Assembly: GCA_051294375.1 (NCBI GenBank)
Contig: CM119269.1
Span: forward strand, 19,162,418-19,226,417
Direction: 5' to 3'
Length of the DNA stretch: 64,000 nucleotides
Source of the DNA: Paraspadella gotoi
Taxonomy: Eukaryota > Animalia > Chaetognatha
The position numbers and the translations under genes were made by a program. Positions within the stretch are counted from its first letter, which is position 1. Each line of letters starts with the position of its first letter. Positions 14,955 through 28,604 of the stretch are shown here, one piece after another. The notes beneath the pieces were generated by a model. It saw only the letters and a program-made list of their open reading frames with translations. It did not search any database and was not told the origin of the DNA.

Positions 14955-17900
14955 GAGGAGAGAGGAGAGAGAGAGAGCGGCCTTTTTTTTCGCAGGTTGC
15001 AAGCAATGTCATCGTTCAAGCTTTCCCTTGCGAATCAAGCTCAAGGATCCAGGCGTTTCCGTAAAAAAACAAATGTCGGGGATTTTTTATTCGTGGGTTA
15101 ACGTTCGCCATCAAAGCAACGGATTTCCTCTCCATTCTCTTCGTGGAAGAGAGTGGGACGAGGAGAGGGAGAATGAGAGAGAGAGAGTGATTTTAGAGTC
15201 GGAGAGCGAGAAAGTGAGGAATGCGAAAGGAACGAGGACCGACGGACGGACGGACGGACAAAGTGGATCATAGAGACGGGATCTGCTGGAAGCAGATCCG
15301 ACTAAAAACTTATTCTAAAGAAAATAGTTATTTAATCAGGCAGACGAGGGAGCATTTATAAGTATGGTGAAAGATGCAAAAACGGTTGTAATAAAAAAAA
15401 AGAGCATTTATAATTTCACAGAAAGATCGGGATTATTTTAGAAAAGAGACGACGAGAAATAAAAGGCGGAACCGTGAACATGGTTTGAGTTTGGCGGGAA
15501 TTAAGCGAGGTCGACCTCACCTCACCTCATTAATTCCAATTCCCGAAAGGAGGCAAGAGGCAACGCCTTCCTGAGGTCATTGACTCTTCCGCTAATTTGG
15601 TTCACCAGTATGTTGTTTTATCCGGAAGTTCTTTCGTTTTCTCATTTAATTATTCATAGCTTACGTTTCAATTGATACTTTTTAATCCGTTTTTGGAGCG
15701 CTTCTATTCAACGTTGACTTAATTTGTTCTATGGCAAACCCATTCTTTCGTTATTTTACTCTTATGTACTATCTAGGAAAAAAGTATATAACATTTTTAT
15801 TAAAAGATATCTATTCGAAAACTTGTTGAATTTAAAAAAAATCAGAATGTTTCCGGATCTACATTTAATTTTTTTTCAGTAGATTCCTTCCTTTTTTTTG
15901 TAGGTCAAATCGTTTAGAAGTTACAAGCCAAAAAATATTGTTACTTCAAATGAAAAATGTTGAAAAATTTTTTCTAATATTTAGTTATTTGTTTTTATTT
16001 TAAATAGTTATTTTTTAATTTTTTTTCAATTTGGCAATGCTAAAGGCCTTTCATCTTTTTTTGGTTCAAAAAAGTACTATTATACTTTTTAGAAAACAGG
16101 GAAAGATATGCAACATCAATATCGGGTCTGAAAAGAATTGCGTTAAAGATATGGAAAAATATTTTACTGTCATACCTCAATTTGCTGTATGAGGGTATGC
16201 CCAGACGAATGCAGGCAGTAGTCGAAGCCAAAAAAGGGCATACCAAATATTGAGAATGTTTTACCAATATTTTGTATACTTTTTATTGAATAAATGAATG
16301 ATGTTATATACTTTTTTCCTAGATAGTAATATGTATTTTAATTTATCCAAACGAGGTGAACTATCATAATTATTTATAAGGTATGCTCAATAATGTATTA
16401 ACAACCCTCCCTTATTTCTAGGATATTTCTGCCCGGATCGCGAGGGCGGAATCGTCGCCCTTCCTTCCGCCGATCTCGCTTGTCCCGTGGGACATTATTG
16501 TCCCGAAGGAACGAAAGAAGGAACGGAGAATCCGTGTCCCAAAGGTAGGGATTTTGTCTCAAAGTTTTCAATCTTGAATGGTTTAAATTTTTACCCCGTC
16601 TGACTTTTGTTTTGGTTTTTTTTTTTTTTTTNNNNNNNNNNNNNNNNNNNNNNNNNNNNNNNNNNNNNNNNNNNNNNNNNNNNNNNNNNNNNNNNNNNNN
16701 NNNNNNNNNNNNNNNNNNNNNNNNNNNNNNNNNNNNNNNNNNNNNNNNNNNNNNNNNNNNNNNNNNNNNNNNNNNNNNNNNNNNNNNNNNNNNNNNNNNN
16801 NNNNNNNNNNNNNNNNNNNNNNNNNNNNNNNNNNNNNNNNNNNNNNNTAAAAACGCTTATAACTTGCCTATAGGTTGTTGCTCATTTGTTAAAAATCAAA
16901 TGTAAGCAACTAGTGGCGCCGCCTTTTATTTTTAAAGAAATAAGTAAATAAATAAAAAAAAAAGTAATGCGGCGCAACACCTTGTTTTGTTCTATGAAGC
17001 TTATATTTCACCATGAATTCTTTGTGTCCTCATTGTCAATTTAACTTGGTCCCTCTTTCCCTATTTCTGCTTTTTCGCCTTTAAGGAAAATACATCTCCT
17101 CGCGCGGAAAGACCAGGGAGTCGGATTGCCTCGAATGTCCCGATGGAAGTTTTTGCGATTTGGGAACGGGAGGTGAGGGGCAGAGATTAACAGGCTTGGG
17201 GACAGAGTGACCAGAATGAAAAAAAAAATAATTTCATGCCAAATTTAGTAACGCATCGGAGACGCAACGACTAAAATGGTATTGACATATTCTTTTCCAG
17301 ATAAATCTGGAGTCAAGTGCGAGCGCGGTCACTATTGTATACGGGGAACTAGCGAGCAAACTCCTTGTCCAGAGGGAAAATACACAAACAAGGAAGGAAG
17401 CACGAGTAAGTTGAATTTTTGTTTCTCTGCTTTGGTCTTCTGCGGCCTGTTTTTACTTGAGCCTTTCCATTTTATTTAAGACGAAATGGACTGCATCACA
17501 TGCCCCACGGCCAGCTACTGCCCAAGCGGCACGGCTTATCCGAAAAAGTGCCCATCCGGTACCTACAGCTCAAAAACCGGGTTGACCAAAGTCGGAGATT
17601 GCACTCAATGCCCACCGGGATGGGCCTGCCCAAGGGATGGGCTGACCAGACCCGACACTAGCTGCGCGCAAGGGTGAGTCATAAACAAGGGAATGGCCGG
17701 TGTTTAACCAATGACAAATTAAACGTATTGAAAATTTGCAATGTCCCGAAATTGCTTGGTATTTACGATGTTCTTTTGTCAAACCTCTTCTGACAACTAC
17801 AAGAAAGGCGGATGTTGGGTCATCTGCAGAATAGAAATAAGAACTAAACAAAGAAAAAAAAAGAACAAAGTTTTTCATTGAATTTTTGACACTAATTTCT

Positions 17901-18460
17901 CGCTTAAAAAAAAAAAGAAATTCAAACAAGCTCTATGAAATTTTTGTATTGTACAAACATAGTATATTATAAAAGTGCATTCCTAAGCACAAAAAGCAAT
18001 ACATATGATTAGGCGGAGGTATATGTATATTTTTCAATTCCTCCCTTTCCATTCTCTTTCTTTCTCTCTCTCTCTCTCTGGCTCTGTCTATCTTCTCTCA
18101 CTCTCACTCTTGCTCCTCTTCTCTCTCATGTCTCTCTCGTCGTCTCTCATCTCTCTCCTCTGCTCTCTCTTCTCTCTCTCCATTCATCTTCTCCACAGCT
18201 TGATTCGTCTTAAATAAAGTAGTAGATAACGTTTAAAAAAATGTTATGTGATAATCTAGATGGCGCAACACGACGTCGGAAGAAAAAAGTCCCGCCGAAC
18301 TTTTCCGTTGCCGATCCTGACATTTGCTGTTTTCATTTGGTCGTTCAAACTGCCCCATTGTGAGTCGAGTAAAGGGCACGGCATTTGCGATTGGAACGGG
18401 CGGCTATCGTCTCTCTCTCTCTCTCTCTCTGCTCGTCTCCTTACTCTCTCTCTCCTCTCT

Positions 18461-18492
<32 letters not shown>

Positions 18493-20163
18493 CCCTCTCC
18501 TCTCTCTCTTCTCTCTCTCTCTCACTCCGACACGCTCCTTTTCCGCTTTTCTCCTCCTCCTTTCTTCTTTCTGCTGCCCCTTCTTTCTTTTCTTTCTCCT
18601 TTTCCTTCTCCTTTTTCTCCTTCTTCTTGTTCCTTTCTTTCTCACCTTTTCCGTTTTTCTTCTTCTCCACCTTTTTCTTTTTCTGCTCCTTCCTCCTTTG
18701 AGATTTTCTATCTTCCACTCCATTGTGCCGGTGACCTCGACGAGCTCGTAGCCTCCGAAGGCGGGGAACAACGCGCTGCAGAACCTGGTAGAAATATACT
18801 TGTAAGTGTGTAACGTTCTTGTTCTAGTACTTGTAATTTCTTCGATTCATGGATGTTTCCCTTTGTTATGGTTGAATCTCTTTTTAATTAGGTAAATTGT
18901 TCGTTACATTAAATAAGATTATTTAATATTCCTTATTCTCTTGCTCCTTTCCCTTCGCCTAATTTAATTGTTCTCTCTACTTTCTCTACTCTCCTCTATT
19001 TTTCTATTCTTTTTCCCACACTTTTTTCTTTCTTAACCTTTTGCATTATCTGGAAACGACTGCGAACGCCTTCCAGGGGAGCTTCCATCTGCTTGGCTTC
19101 CTTGTCCTCCAGGATGATGGAGCCTCTATTGGAGTCGGGGCGACGCTTCGGCTCCTGTTGCGAAAGTTTCGATCCGTTCGATGACTCCGCCGCAATATGA
19201 CTTTTTTAAATTTCCATCGCCTACGTTTCTCACTTTCCAAAGACCTCCTCACTCTTACCCGTAAACTGCGCTTCTGGAGAGCTGACGACTGCTCTGTAGG
19301 AGTGGGGCTCTTTGCGCTCATCAGTTGACTTCGGTGTCGGGCTTGAAGGTGGGATGTGGAAAGGGAAATGGGATAGAAGGGGTCGGAAGAGTAAGAAAAG
19401 AGGAGGGAAATGTAAACGAGTCCGGTCTATTTAGATTGCTTCTTTTAAATCTAAACAAATTCACCTTGAACTCTCCTGCTGTGTGGTATTGACTCCGGTG
19501 GTTAAGCTCGAATGGTGTGTTTGATGTTTTCCTTTTGTTCCTTTTAAGTCCTTGATACTGAATAGACGGGGAATCCATTCCTCCCTCACTTCACCTGGAA
19601 AAAAATGTAGGGCGGCTTAAACTTGGTTGCTGCTCTGTTATTTTTGCTGATATACGCGACAGCAAGAAGCGAGCGCTTAGTTTCTGTTTTTTGAAGAAAA
19701 TCGATGCCGTGCATGTGGAAAGAAAGTCCTTTGCGGCGCAATCGCAATATGAAATCAAATAGAACGATCGCCAGATCCAATGAAGAATAAACTTTTTCGG
19801 TTTATCTTATTGTTGTTAACTCCTCACTTTCCAACTATACTAGCAGTAACAGCTTTACCCTAAACAATTGCCGAAATCTCAGTGAATCAGAACACGAGAT
19901 TCCTTACTTCCTGGAACGAGCTGCTCTGAATTTGCTGATCCGTCCTCGTCCGATAAAAATGAGACGAATGTAAATCTGTTTAAGAATATGAGATTTTGGT
20001 CAACTAAGTTTTAAGCTTGAACTATAAGGGCTAGGATGGTTAAATTTTCCGTTTAATGTTTGACGTTAAAAACTAATAAGAAAAACGCAAAATAAGGATA
20101 GAGAGAGGGAAGAGAGAAAAGAGAGAGAAGAGAAGAAAGAAGATAAAGAGATTAAAAGAGAGA

Positions 20164-20200
<37 letters not shown>

Positions 20201-20206
20201 TAGAGA

Positions 20207-20237
<31 letters not shown>

Positions 20238-21002
20238 GAGAGCGAGTATAAAAATATCGAACTAATTTTTTTAAAAAAAGGTAATTAAAATAGATAAATA
20301 ACTTTGCGATCGTCACCTGAATTGTTTGTCAGTCGTCCGGACTTAAAATGTCGTCGTCGGCTGAGGCGGCAGCCGCACTTCCGCCCCCGAATCTTACGCC
20401 CCTCCTCGAATGCTGGGTGGTGATGGGTGAATGGGAGAAGAGTTGGGGCAGCGAGGAAAGAAGGAATTGTGAGGCGATAAAAGAAAATGAAAGGCGAAAG
20501 AGAATCTGGAGAAATATAAGTTAGGTCAAGTAAGAATCGTAAAAGTGAGGGGCAAAGGGGCTACAGTCAATTCAAAGTAAAAGTAATCCACCACAAGTTC
20601 ATCGGCAAACGACTTTGACAGGTTCACGTGATTTGATTTCAATCAAAGATCACAACTAACATGACGCCATGCGAACGAAATTAATCGAAAAAACTGACCG
20701 AAAAAGATTAGCAATAAAATTATATAATAAAATTAGAATGAACCCATAAGGAGCTATAATTGTATAGTCAGCTCTAAAGCAGACGACCAAACAAACTAAA
20801 GTTGGTGATATTCTATAGAAACAAAATTAAATAGGAAAGAAGGGTTTGAAGTTTTTTATTCGTTACAAACGCAACCTGTAAAAGAAGAACCCATCGCCTT
20901 TATTGCAGCAAATCCGCCGGAAGTCGCAATATGATCAGTTCTCAAGCTCGTTTCTCTCTTTGCTGTGATGAAATCCACCTGTGAAGAAACAAGAGAGAGA
21001 GA

Positions 21003-21075
<73 letters not shown>

Positions 21076-24000
21076 AGTGTGAATTTTGAGATGTCTGAAG
21101 CAAAGTACACAGGTAAAAAACTACAAGGTAAAACGCGTAAAACAATCCTTGGCGAATGGACTCGAACTGAAACGTAAGGATACTACCTTGACAGCGGTGT
21201 CCGTCGATCTGTGGATGATCTTCCTGTTCCGTCATCGTAGAAAAAAAGAGCTTCTGGGTTTCCACGTATAACTTGAGAGGAACGAAGCGATTTCAGTAAG
21301 GCGGGGGGGGGGTGAAAAAGAAATATTAAGTTACTGTGAGTTTTCTCATGAGCAATTTTCTTTGGGTGTCGTCTCAATTAAATATTTAATACGATTTAAA
21401 AACAGCTATTTGGTTTTTCTTCATGAATCTTTAATAAACGTCGGTTTTTTTTTTTTTTTTCTTTTTTTTTTAAATTTTGGCACTTGACATTTGAAAATTG
21501 GCTTTGGGGTGGTATTTTGCCAGGAATGTTTTTCTCGGCTCTCTTGCCTCTCTTGTTTTCAATAACTCGAGAATATCAAAAAAGAATTAAACAAATAGAA
21601 AAATGCCTACGGACATCTGACAGAGAGAGAGAGAGAGAGAGAGAGGAGAACGAGAGAGAGATAATTATCACGCCTGCATTGGGGCGAGAAGCAATTTGAG
21701 AAATCTTGATGTTTTTAATTCCGTTAAAATAATGTATTCGACTGGGACACGGAATTCCTTGAGTCTCGTCAGCGCGATTTACGTGAATTTAAATATCTGT
21801 CGAGGGTAATTGAAATCAGTTGTCGACAAAAAATAGCCATCAGTTTGAAGATAAAAATAAAAGAGAAAAAAGTAAAAAGAAGAAAAGGTTTGTTATAAAG
21901 TAATAAAAGTATGTAAATAAAGAGTTTTCATCAGCTTTTCAAAATAAAAGAGCGCTTCAGTTCGTCAGTTCCTGAAGAAAAAGTGCAATCAAGTTTCGGA
22001 TCATTTTCTAAAAAAGAGAAGATTTGTTTTAATCGGGAGGACGAGAAGGTGGCGATTGAAGTTTGAAAATAAAAAATAAATTCCTTATAAATTCTGAAGA
22101 AAAAAAAAAAGTTGCAACCTGCTACATGACATAATGAGAAGCGGAATCCCAATAAGGAAACACGAGGAGGACATAAACTTAGAAATTATTCTAAAGTTTA
22201 TCCCAAACGATTCAATAATGCAAATGAGAATTTTGAAGAAACTTTAAAGTTTCTCCCCATACGCCCGGCGACTGCACCCCCACTCTCCGTGTTTCCTTCG
22301 AAATAAAAATTCAGCGCGGAGAGATCGGATCGGAAGACGAGCACGAGTTTGTAGCGGTTGGGGAATCGGTGGGTCTTCCCTGCAAGCGGGGAAAAAAAGG
22401 GGGGATGGGTAAGAAAATATATGAGCGGGTAAGGTTTGAGTTTGTGTTTACTGCAGAGAGGACGGAAGAGTGTAGTTTTTAGAAATGAGAGTCGAAAGGC
22501 CGGAGAAAGATAAGGGTTGATTGAGTACAGTGAGAAACTGAGAAGAGTCAGTATTGAGTAATAAGGCGTAGTAAAATTCCTAGTTTAAACTTTAAATTAA
22601 AATTCTAAAAAGTGAGGAAAGAACAACGATTAAATACTTATGAAACAATTTATGTATAAAAAATTTATAAAAAATTTTACAATTTACGCAGTAGGCCATA
22701 ATTTATATAGTACTAACCCAATAAAATGTTAATTTTCAAAACAGTTTTTTTCTAAAATTTTTTTTGCAGATTTGGATTTGTCATAAAAAGTTGATAAAAA
22801 GAAAATTAACTCTTAATTTGAAAAAATTCCTTCATTAAGTGGGTCCAAAATTAGAAAAAGCTATATTTTAAGCTGAAATTAACTTTTTAATATATTAAAT
22901 ATAGTTTTTTTTAATTTTTAACCCACTTAATGAAAGAATTTTTAAAAAAATGATTTATATTTTTCTTTTATCAACTTTTGAACGAGGAATTCAAAATCTG
23001 CAATTCAAAATTAAGAAAAGCCTATTTTGAAATTTTCGATTTTTATAAGGATTAGTACTATATATAAAATATAGCCTACTGCAAAATTAATACAACATAA
23101 ATTAAATTTTTTTTACAATTAATGGTTCACTGATGGTAATGTTGTTCAAATTGACTTTTAGAAATTTTCGTATGTAACTTTCACTACGGCCTTATTGGTA
23201 AGGTTGAGAATTTAATTAATTGTTCGCTTTTCCTCGTTTCCCGACCTTCAACTTGAAAACAATTTTATAAAAGTTGTAAAGAAAATCAAGGTCGAACAAA
23301 AACCCTTTTAAGAATCACAGGTTGTGAATTTTTTAAAATTTTTTATAATTTATGGGAAGAAAAAGTAAAAAAAAATAAAACTTGGAATGAAAGAATCCAT
23401 TTAAACCGAAGCCTTAGAACGAATAGATAAGACCTTGGTTGTTGAAGTAAAGTTTTTTTTTTTGTTGCCATGCAACCAACCGTTAAGCGTGAATAGTCTA
23501 ACATTGGCAAATTAAATAACTAATTAAACAATTAATAAACTTTGACCGCTACGCCGCAAAAAAATATCGCCGCCGTTTTGGTTTTAAAAACTCGAACCCT
23601 GCGGATCCCACTCCCGACTTAAATCACATCGCCTGAGCCCGGACGATAGGGCACTAGGAGCGCCGTCGATCTCTTTGGTGTGCCAACTTCTCTGAGGCTG
23701 CCCTTCGGACACGTGGCGAAGCCCTCGTTCCGAGAAGGACTCCTCCAGAGGAGCCTTTGGACTTTTTGTTCCCCCATCGAACTTGGTCGGGGGATGTGTG
23801 TGGAGCCGGGAGAAGAGTGGAATAACCAAAAAGAGATTAAAAAAAAAAAAAACATTAAAAAAAGAACAATCATTTAAAAAAAAAGGGAGTCACTTTTAAC
23901 ATCCTTTTATATATTAAAAAACATCACAATATATACGATCACATAAATAATTTTAAAAAAATATCAAAGCATCTGCGAAAAAAGGTATAATAAAAGGGTT

Positions 24001-25405
24001 CTAAATGTTGTGACCGCCTTAAGGGTTTTCGAATCAATCTGCATCAACAATTAAACAAGACGGACAAATCGTCAACAACAAAAGTGCCTCACCTTCTCTT
24101 CTAATTCCCAAAGATTTGCCCGCCAAGGAGGGAGCAAGTTCGACTCCTTCCTCGGAAGTTTCTCGATCGCTCCGAAGCATAATATTTCTCCTTTCCGTGT
24201 TGTTGTTGTCGGTTTTTTGTTGTTTGTTGTTGTGTCGAGCGGATAACTCAAATTAAATCTACGAAAAATAGAGATTTGAGTATTCGTTTTAAAAAATTAT
24301 TGCCCAGGGAACAATCCGGTAGGAATCGTAAGAGAAAGTATCATATTTTAATGGTACGTACCAATTTCTTTAGATTAAGCCGAGGTTGTTTTAATTTAGA
24401 AAAAAACAACTCCTTTGCACGAGAGATAACAAAAAAAGTGTCAAGGCGAAGAAACAATTTTTTTTATATAATCCAATTCCAACGCCTCTTATTTATTTTT
24501 CGACCGAGGCGTCGACTTAAAAATAGAAACATTATGAATGATGATGATGATGATGATGATGATCCATGAATGATGATGATAGAATGGATGATGATGATTG
24601 TGCATCTAGAAGACGACGCCTGATGATGACTATGGAACGACTAATGAGAATGATAAATGATGAAGATTATTATGACTATCCGATGATGATGATGATGATG
24701 ATGATGATATGAATGATAGAATGATGATGAAAAAAAAATTGGGGAAATTTGGGAAAAAATGATATATTCGACCAAAACATTGACCACCACAAAACGTCAG
24801 ATTGGACCCGCTACGACGATATTCTTTCAATTACGTAAAGCTATAGACAAGGTTGTTGAATAAAATTAACGTACGATCTTAGATGCAGACAATGACAATG
24901 TACAAATGATGTTGTGGGCGAAGCACGAACGACCGCCGGCGACGACGATGAAGAAGCGGACGACGATTTTTCTCCAACGGAACGCAAAACCAACGAAACC
25001 AGAGTCATGCGATTTTCGGATGAAGAAACAACAGAGAAAAAAAAAATGGGTAGTCTCCTAAAAGAGGTAAAGGTAGGGTGGTCGTTATTTTTTTTTTCAA
25101 AAAATGGCAAATAAAAATAGGGGAAAATCGCTGAAAACAAAAATATGTTAGTATTTAATAGAAAAAATAAGGAGAGTGAAGAAAATCAAAAGATTTCTGT
25201 TTCAGCTTCCCGGTGCGAAATAGAGTGTCACATAAAAGGGCAATAATTAAATTAACGAGACAAGTTTTGAAATAGAAGATAGTAAGGTGGTGTAAATTGG
25301 AAAATTTAGAGGGGGCTTAAAAATAAGAAAAATGGGCTAATGTTAATGGAAACGCAAATTGATGTAAGACCGATGTTGTAAGAAGATGAGAGAGAGAGAG
25401 AGAGA

Positions 25406-25479
<74 letters not shown>

Positions 25480-28400
25480 AATGAAATGAAATGAAGAAAA
25501 AATGTATTAATTAGTTTAAATGATTGGGGAAAGCAAGAAGGGTCACGATACAGAAGGAGAGGAGAAAATAGAAATTTAAGTTAGGGAAAAAGAAAGGAAA
25601 GAGAAACAGATTCTAGGTTGAAAACGATTTATTATTGCTCTCGTTATTTTTTTGAAATTTACACCCAAACATGTTAACACCTGGCTGTTAAAGAAATGAA
25701 ATGGGCCGTTGTGACGAGGTATTTAATGCTAATCGCTTGTCATTTGTTTTCCATTTTTTTTTAATTGTTATGTTTTCTTCTTGCCTCGTTCAAACGATAA
25801 ATGAGATTGAGCAAGACTAATTGCACTAATAGCACTAAAAATAAAAAAGCTGACCCGAAACAAAATCAAGCCTGAACCGGCTTCGCCAGTCATGGCTCGA
25901 TAAAAAGATATTTTATAAATTTCACAATTAAAGGATCAATCGCGGGACACTGTAAATTGGAAAAGTATTAAGTATACATGAAAATCACGAGTAAATATTA
26001 TCATTATGGTTCATAACATTTACACTAGGCCATTGCAATTTTTTTTTTTTTTTTTAGTCAGAGACAGAAACTTTTAGTCAAGGTTACAACCGTAACTCGT
26101 ATCAATATATTGAACCCAAAAGCAAAAAGCGAAGATAGAAAATAGGCTCGGCGTTTAGTGTCGGATGCTCTCTCAGTTCTTAGCAAAACTAGAGCCGAGG
26201 CTAATGGCGTTGGGTTTCCATAAGAGTTTAGGTGAAAGGCAAGATTAGACGCGTTGTTTGGTGAAAAAGACCGCCATTTTTTTTTTTATCGGGGCTTTTT
26301 ATGTTTTCCTTCTATCGCGAGTACGCTGTTTTTCTCTCGCCGGTCGTTAATTTCTTTTAGATATTTGTAAGTATTACTGTATATTTTGAGTATATGAAAT
26401 TGGTACAACAAATATAAAGATTGGTACAACCAATAAAAAATTATTTGAATCGTGTCATTGACAAGTTTTGTTAAAAAATGATCTGATGAATAAATTGAAT
26501 AAATTTATTAAATGAATGGATAATTTTTATATTGTTGTACCAATTTCCTAAATGCAATCTATTGACAAAATAAATATTTTTAGGCATGAAACCAAAAAGA
26601 AAAACCGCTGAGAACGAATCAGTTCTGCTTCCAGAGCAACGCGCGAAAATCGACTTGTTCGGATCTTCGTCCTTTAGTCTACAGGGTGTATGAAAAGTGG
26701 CAGATTTTGGTATCTGGCTCTGTATGGAGAGATGCGATGGCTGAAAGCTGCTAATCTATTCCTAAACTATACGTAACAATTCAAATTTAGTTTACATTTT
26801 AAATTCAACCGAGCCGAATGTTATTCTTTGTATTTTTGCCGAAACCATAAGGTTAATCTATAACGATATTAGTGTTAATTGACAAAAAGGCGCTTGTTTA
26901 TAATATACACTGTATAGAAAACCAAGGCGATATCGATGATAACGGTGACGACGACGACGAAAACGACGCCGAAAACGACGACGACGACGACAACTACGGA
27001 CCACGCAAAAAGCGCAATTTAAGGAGAGAATCTGAATAAAGCAAAGACAGAATAAACATTGAAGAGAATTTGGAGAGGGAAGGAAATCTGAAAGGAAGGA
27101 GAGAAAAAGATTAATGAAGAAAATTAATAAACAAAAAATATACAGTAGGATAAGTGAGAATTAATGAAACAACGTTCTCATTTTAACAGGCGACAAAATT
27201 TAGAAAGAATTCCGTTAAATGGATTCGAGATGAAAATGAAAATGGGAAACTGATTCCGAGAAAATCTGATTTTTTTTTCGTTAGAGACCATCGATTTTTC
27301 TCTTCATCCTCAGTTTCTGGCTTAAATTCTTTCCGTTTCCATTGCCACCCTCCAGATGCCTATCCATGCCATGCCAGATGCCATATCCATCTCTTCCTTT
27401 ATCCAATATATTTTTTGTCTTCTCTGACGGATGCCATCTCCAACCCTTTCTCTCCGAGTGCCATCTCTACGTCTCCCCTAAACGTTGCCATCTCTATCCT
27501 CTTCCTGTCAGATGTCCCAATGATCGAACATTTATCTGTTATTCATTTAGGTCCGATGCCCGATGCGTTCATTCATTGCATCCTTTGCCCGATCTTTCGT
27601 CATTTAATCTCATCCCTCTCTTTAACGAATAGAAATAGAAATAATTTCCAACCCTTGATAGCTGATACATCTTTCACTGTACAGACACACTTCCTGAAGG
27701 CACCAAACAGCCCACGGACAACCTTGCCCTGCGGGAACTCTCACCGACCACCGAAATCTCACAACAAGGACGAGTGCGATCCTTGTCGGCAAAAATTTGC
27801 ATGCTCGGCGGGTGAGGATGATTCATTATTCATTCATTGATGATTTATTGATTGATTCATTCATTCATTCATTCATTCATCATTCATTCAGTCATTGATT
27901 TATTGATTGATTTATCATTGATTGAAAGAATGACTACAAATTTAAAAAAAACAGGAACCGGCGGGCCAAACGCCCTTCGGAGTGCCTCAAGGGTCACTAC
28001 TGTCCCGGGGACAGCATCCGAATCGGAAATAAAAATGTGTCTCGGTTCTTGGACAAACCGAACAGATTTTAGCCGCTCAAAAGGTTGCTACATCTGCCCC
28101 AGGGCCGCTACTGCATTGGAGGCCAATCTTATGCGGGGATGAGTGTATCGAGGGAATGTACTGTCCAAAGGTTCGCTGGACTGGTATTAATATGAGAAGA
28201 TAATTGATGTATTAAGCGTACTCATTTAATAATAATAAGTTTGTGAAATGCTTTGTCTCTATGTATTTACAGGAACCAAAAAGGCGTCTCAGCACAAATG
28301 CCCTGCAGGACTTACTCTGGCAACAAGGGCAACTCAGAGTGGAGCAGTGCGACACATGTCCGCTGGTCTTATTGTGAAAAAGGGCAGCGGGAACTCAACC

Positions 28401-28532
28401 CCATTGCCCCATCAGTGAGTCTATCATCGAAGCTATGGAACCGATTACAGCAATAAGTGATAATTATTCAGAAAAAAAAAAACATAATTTCTCTTGCGCA
28501 CGTCTCTCTCTCTCTCTCCTCTTCTCTCTCTG

Positions 28533-28604
<72 letters not shown>

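Noticed and set aside
19595-19975. Raftlin-like assignment for the nested gene
   Set aside because: Only a vague resemblance; the ordered mytilectin-like motifs upstream fit much better.
14585-21265. ORFs rich in ERERER or LSLSLS
   Set aside because: They are translations of (GA)n/(CT)n microsatellites, mostly intronic.
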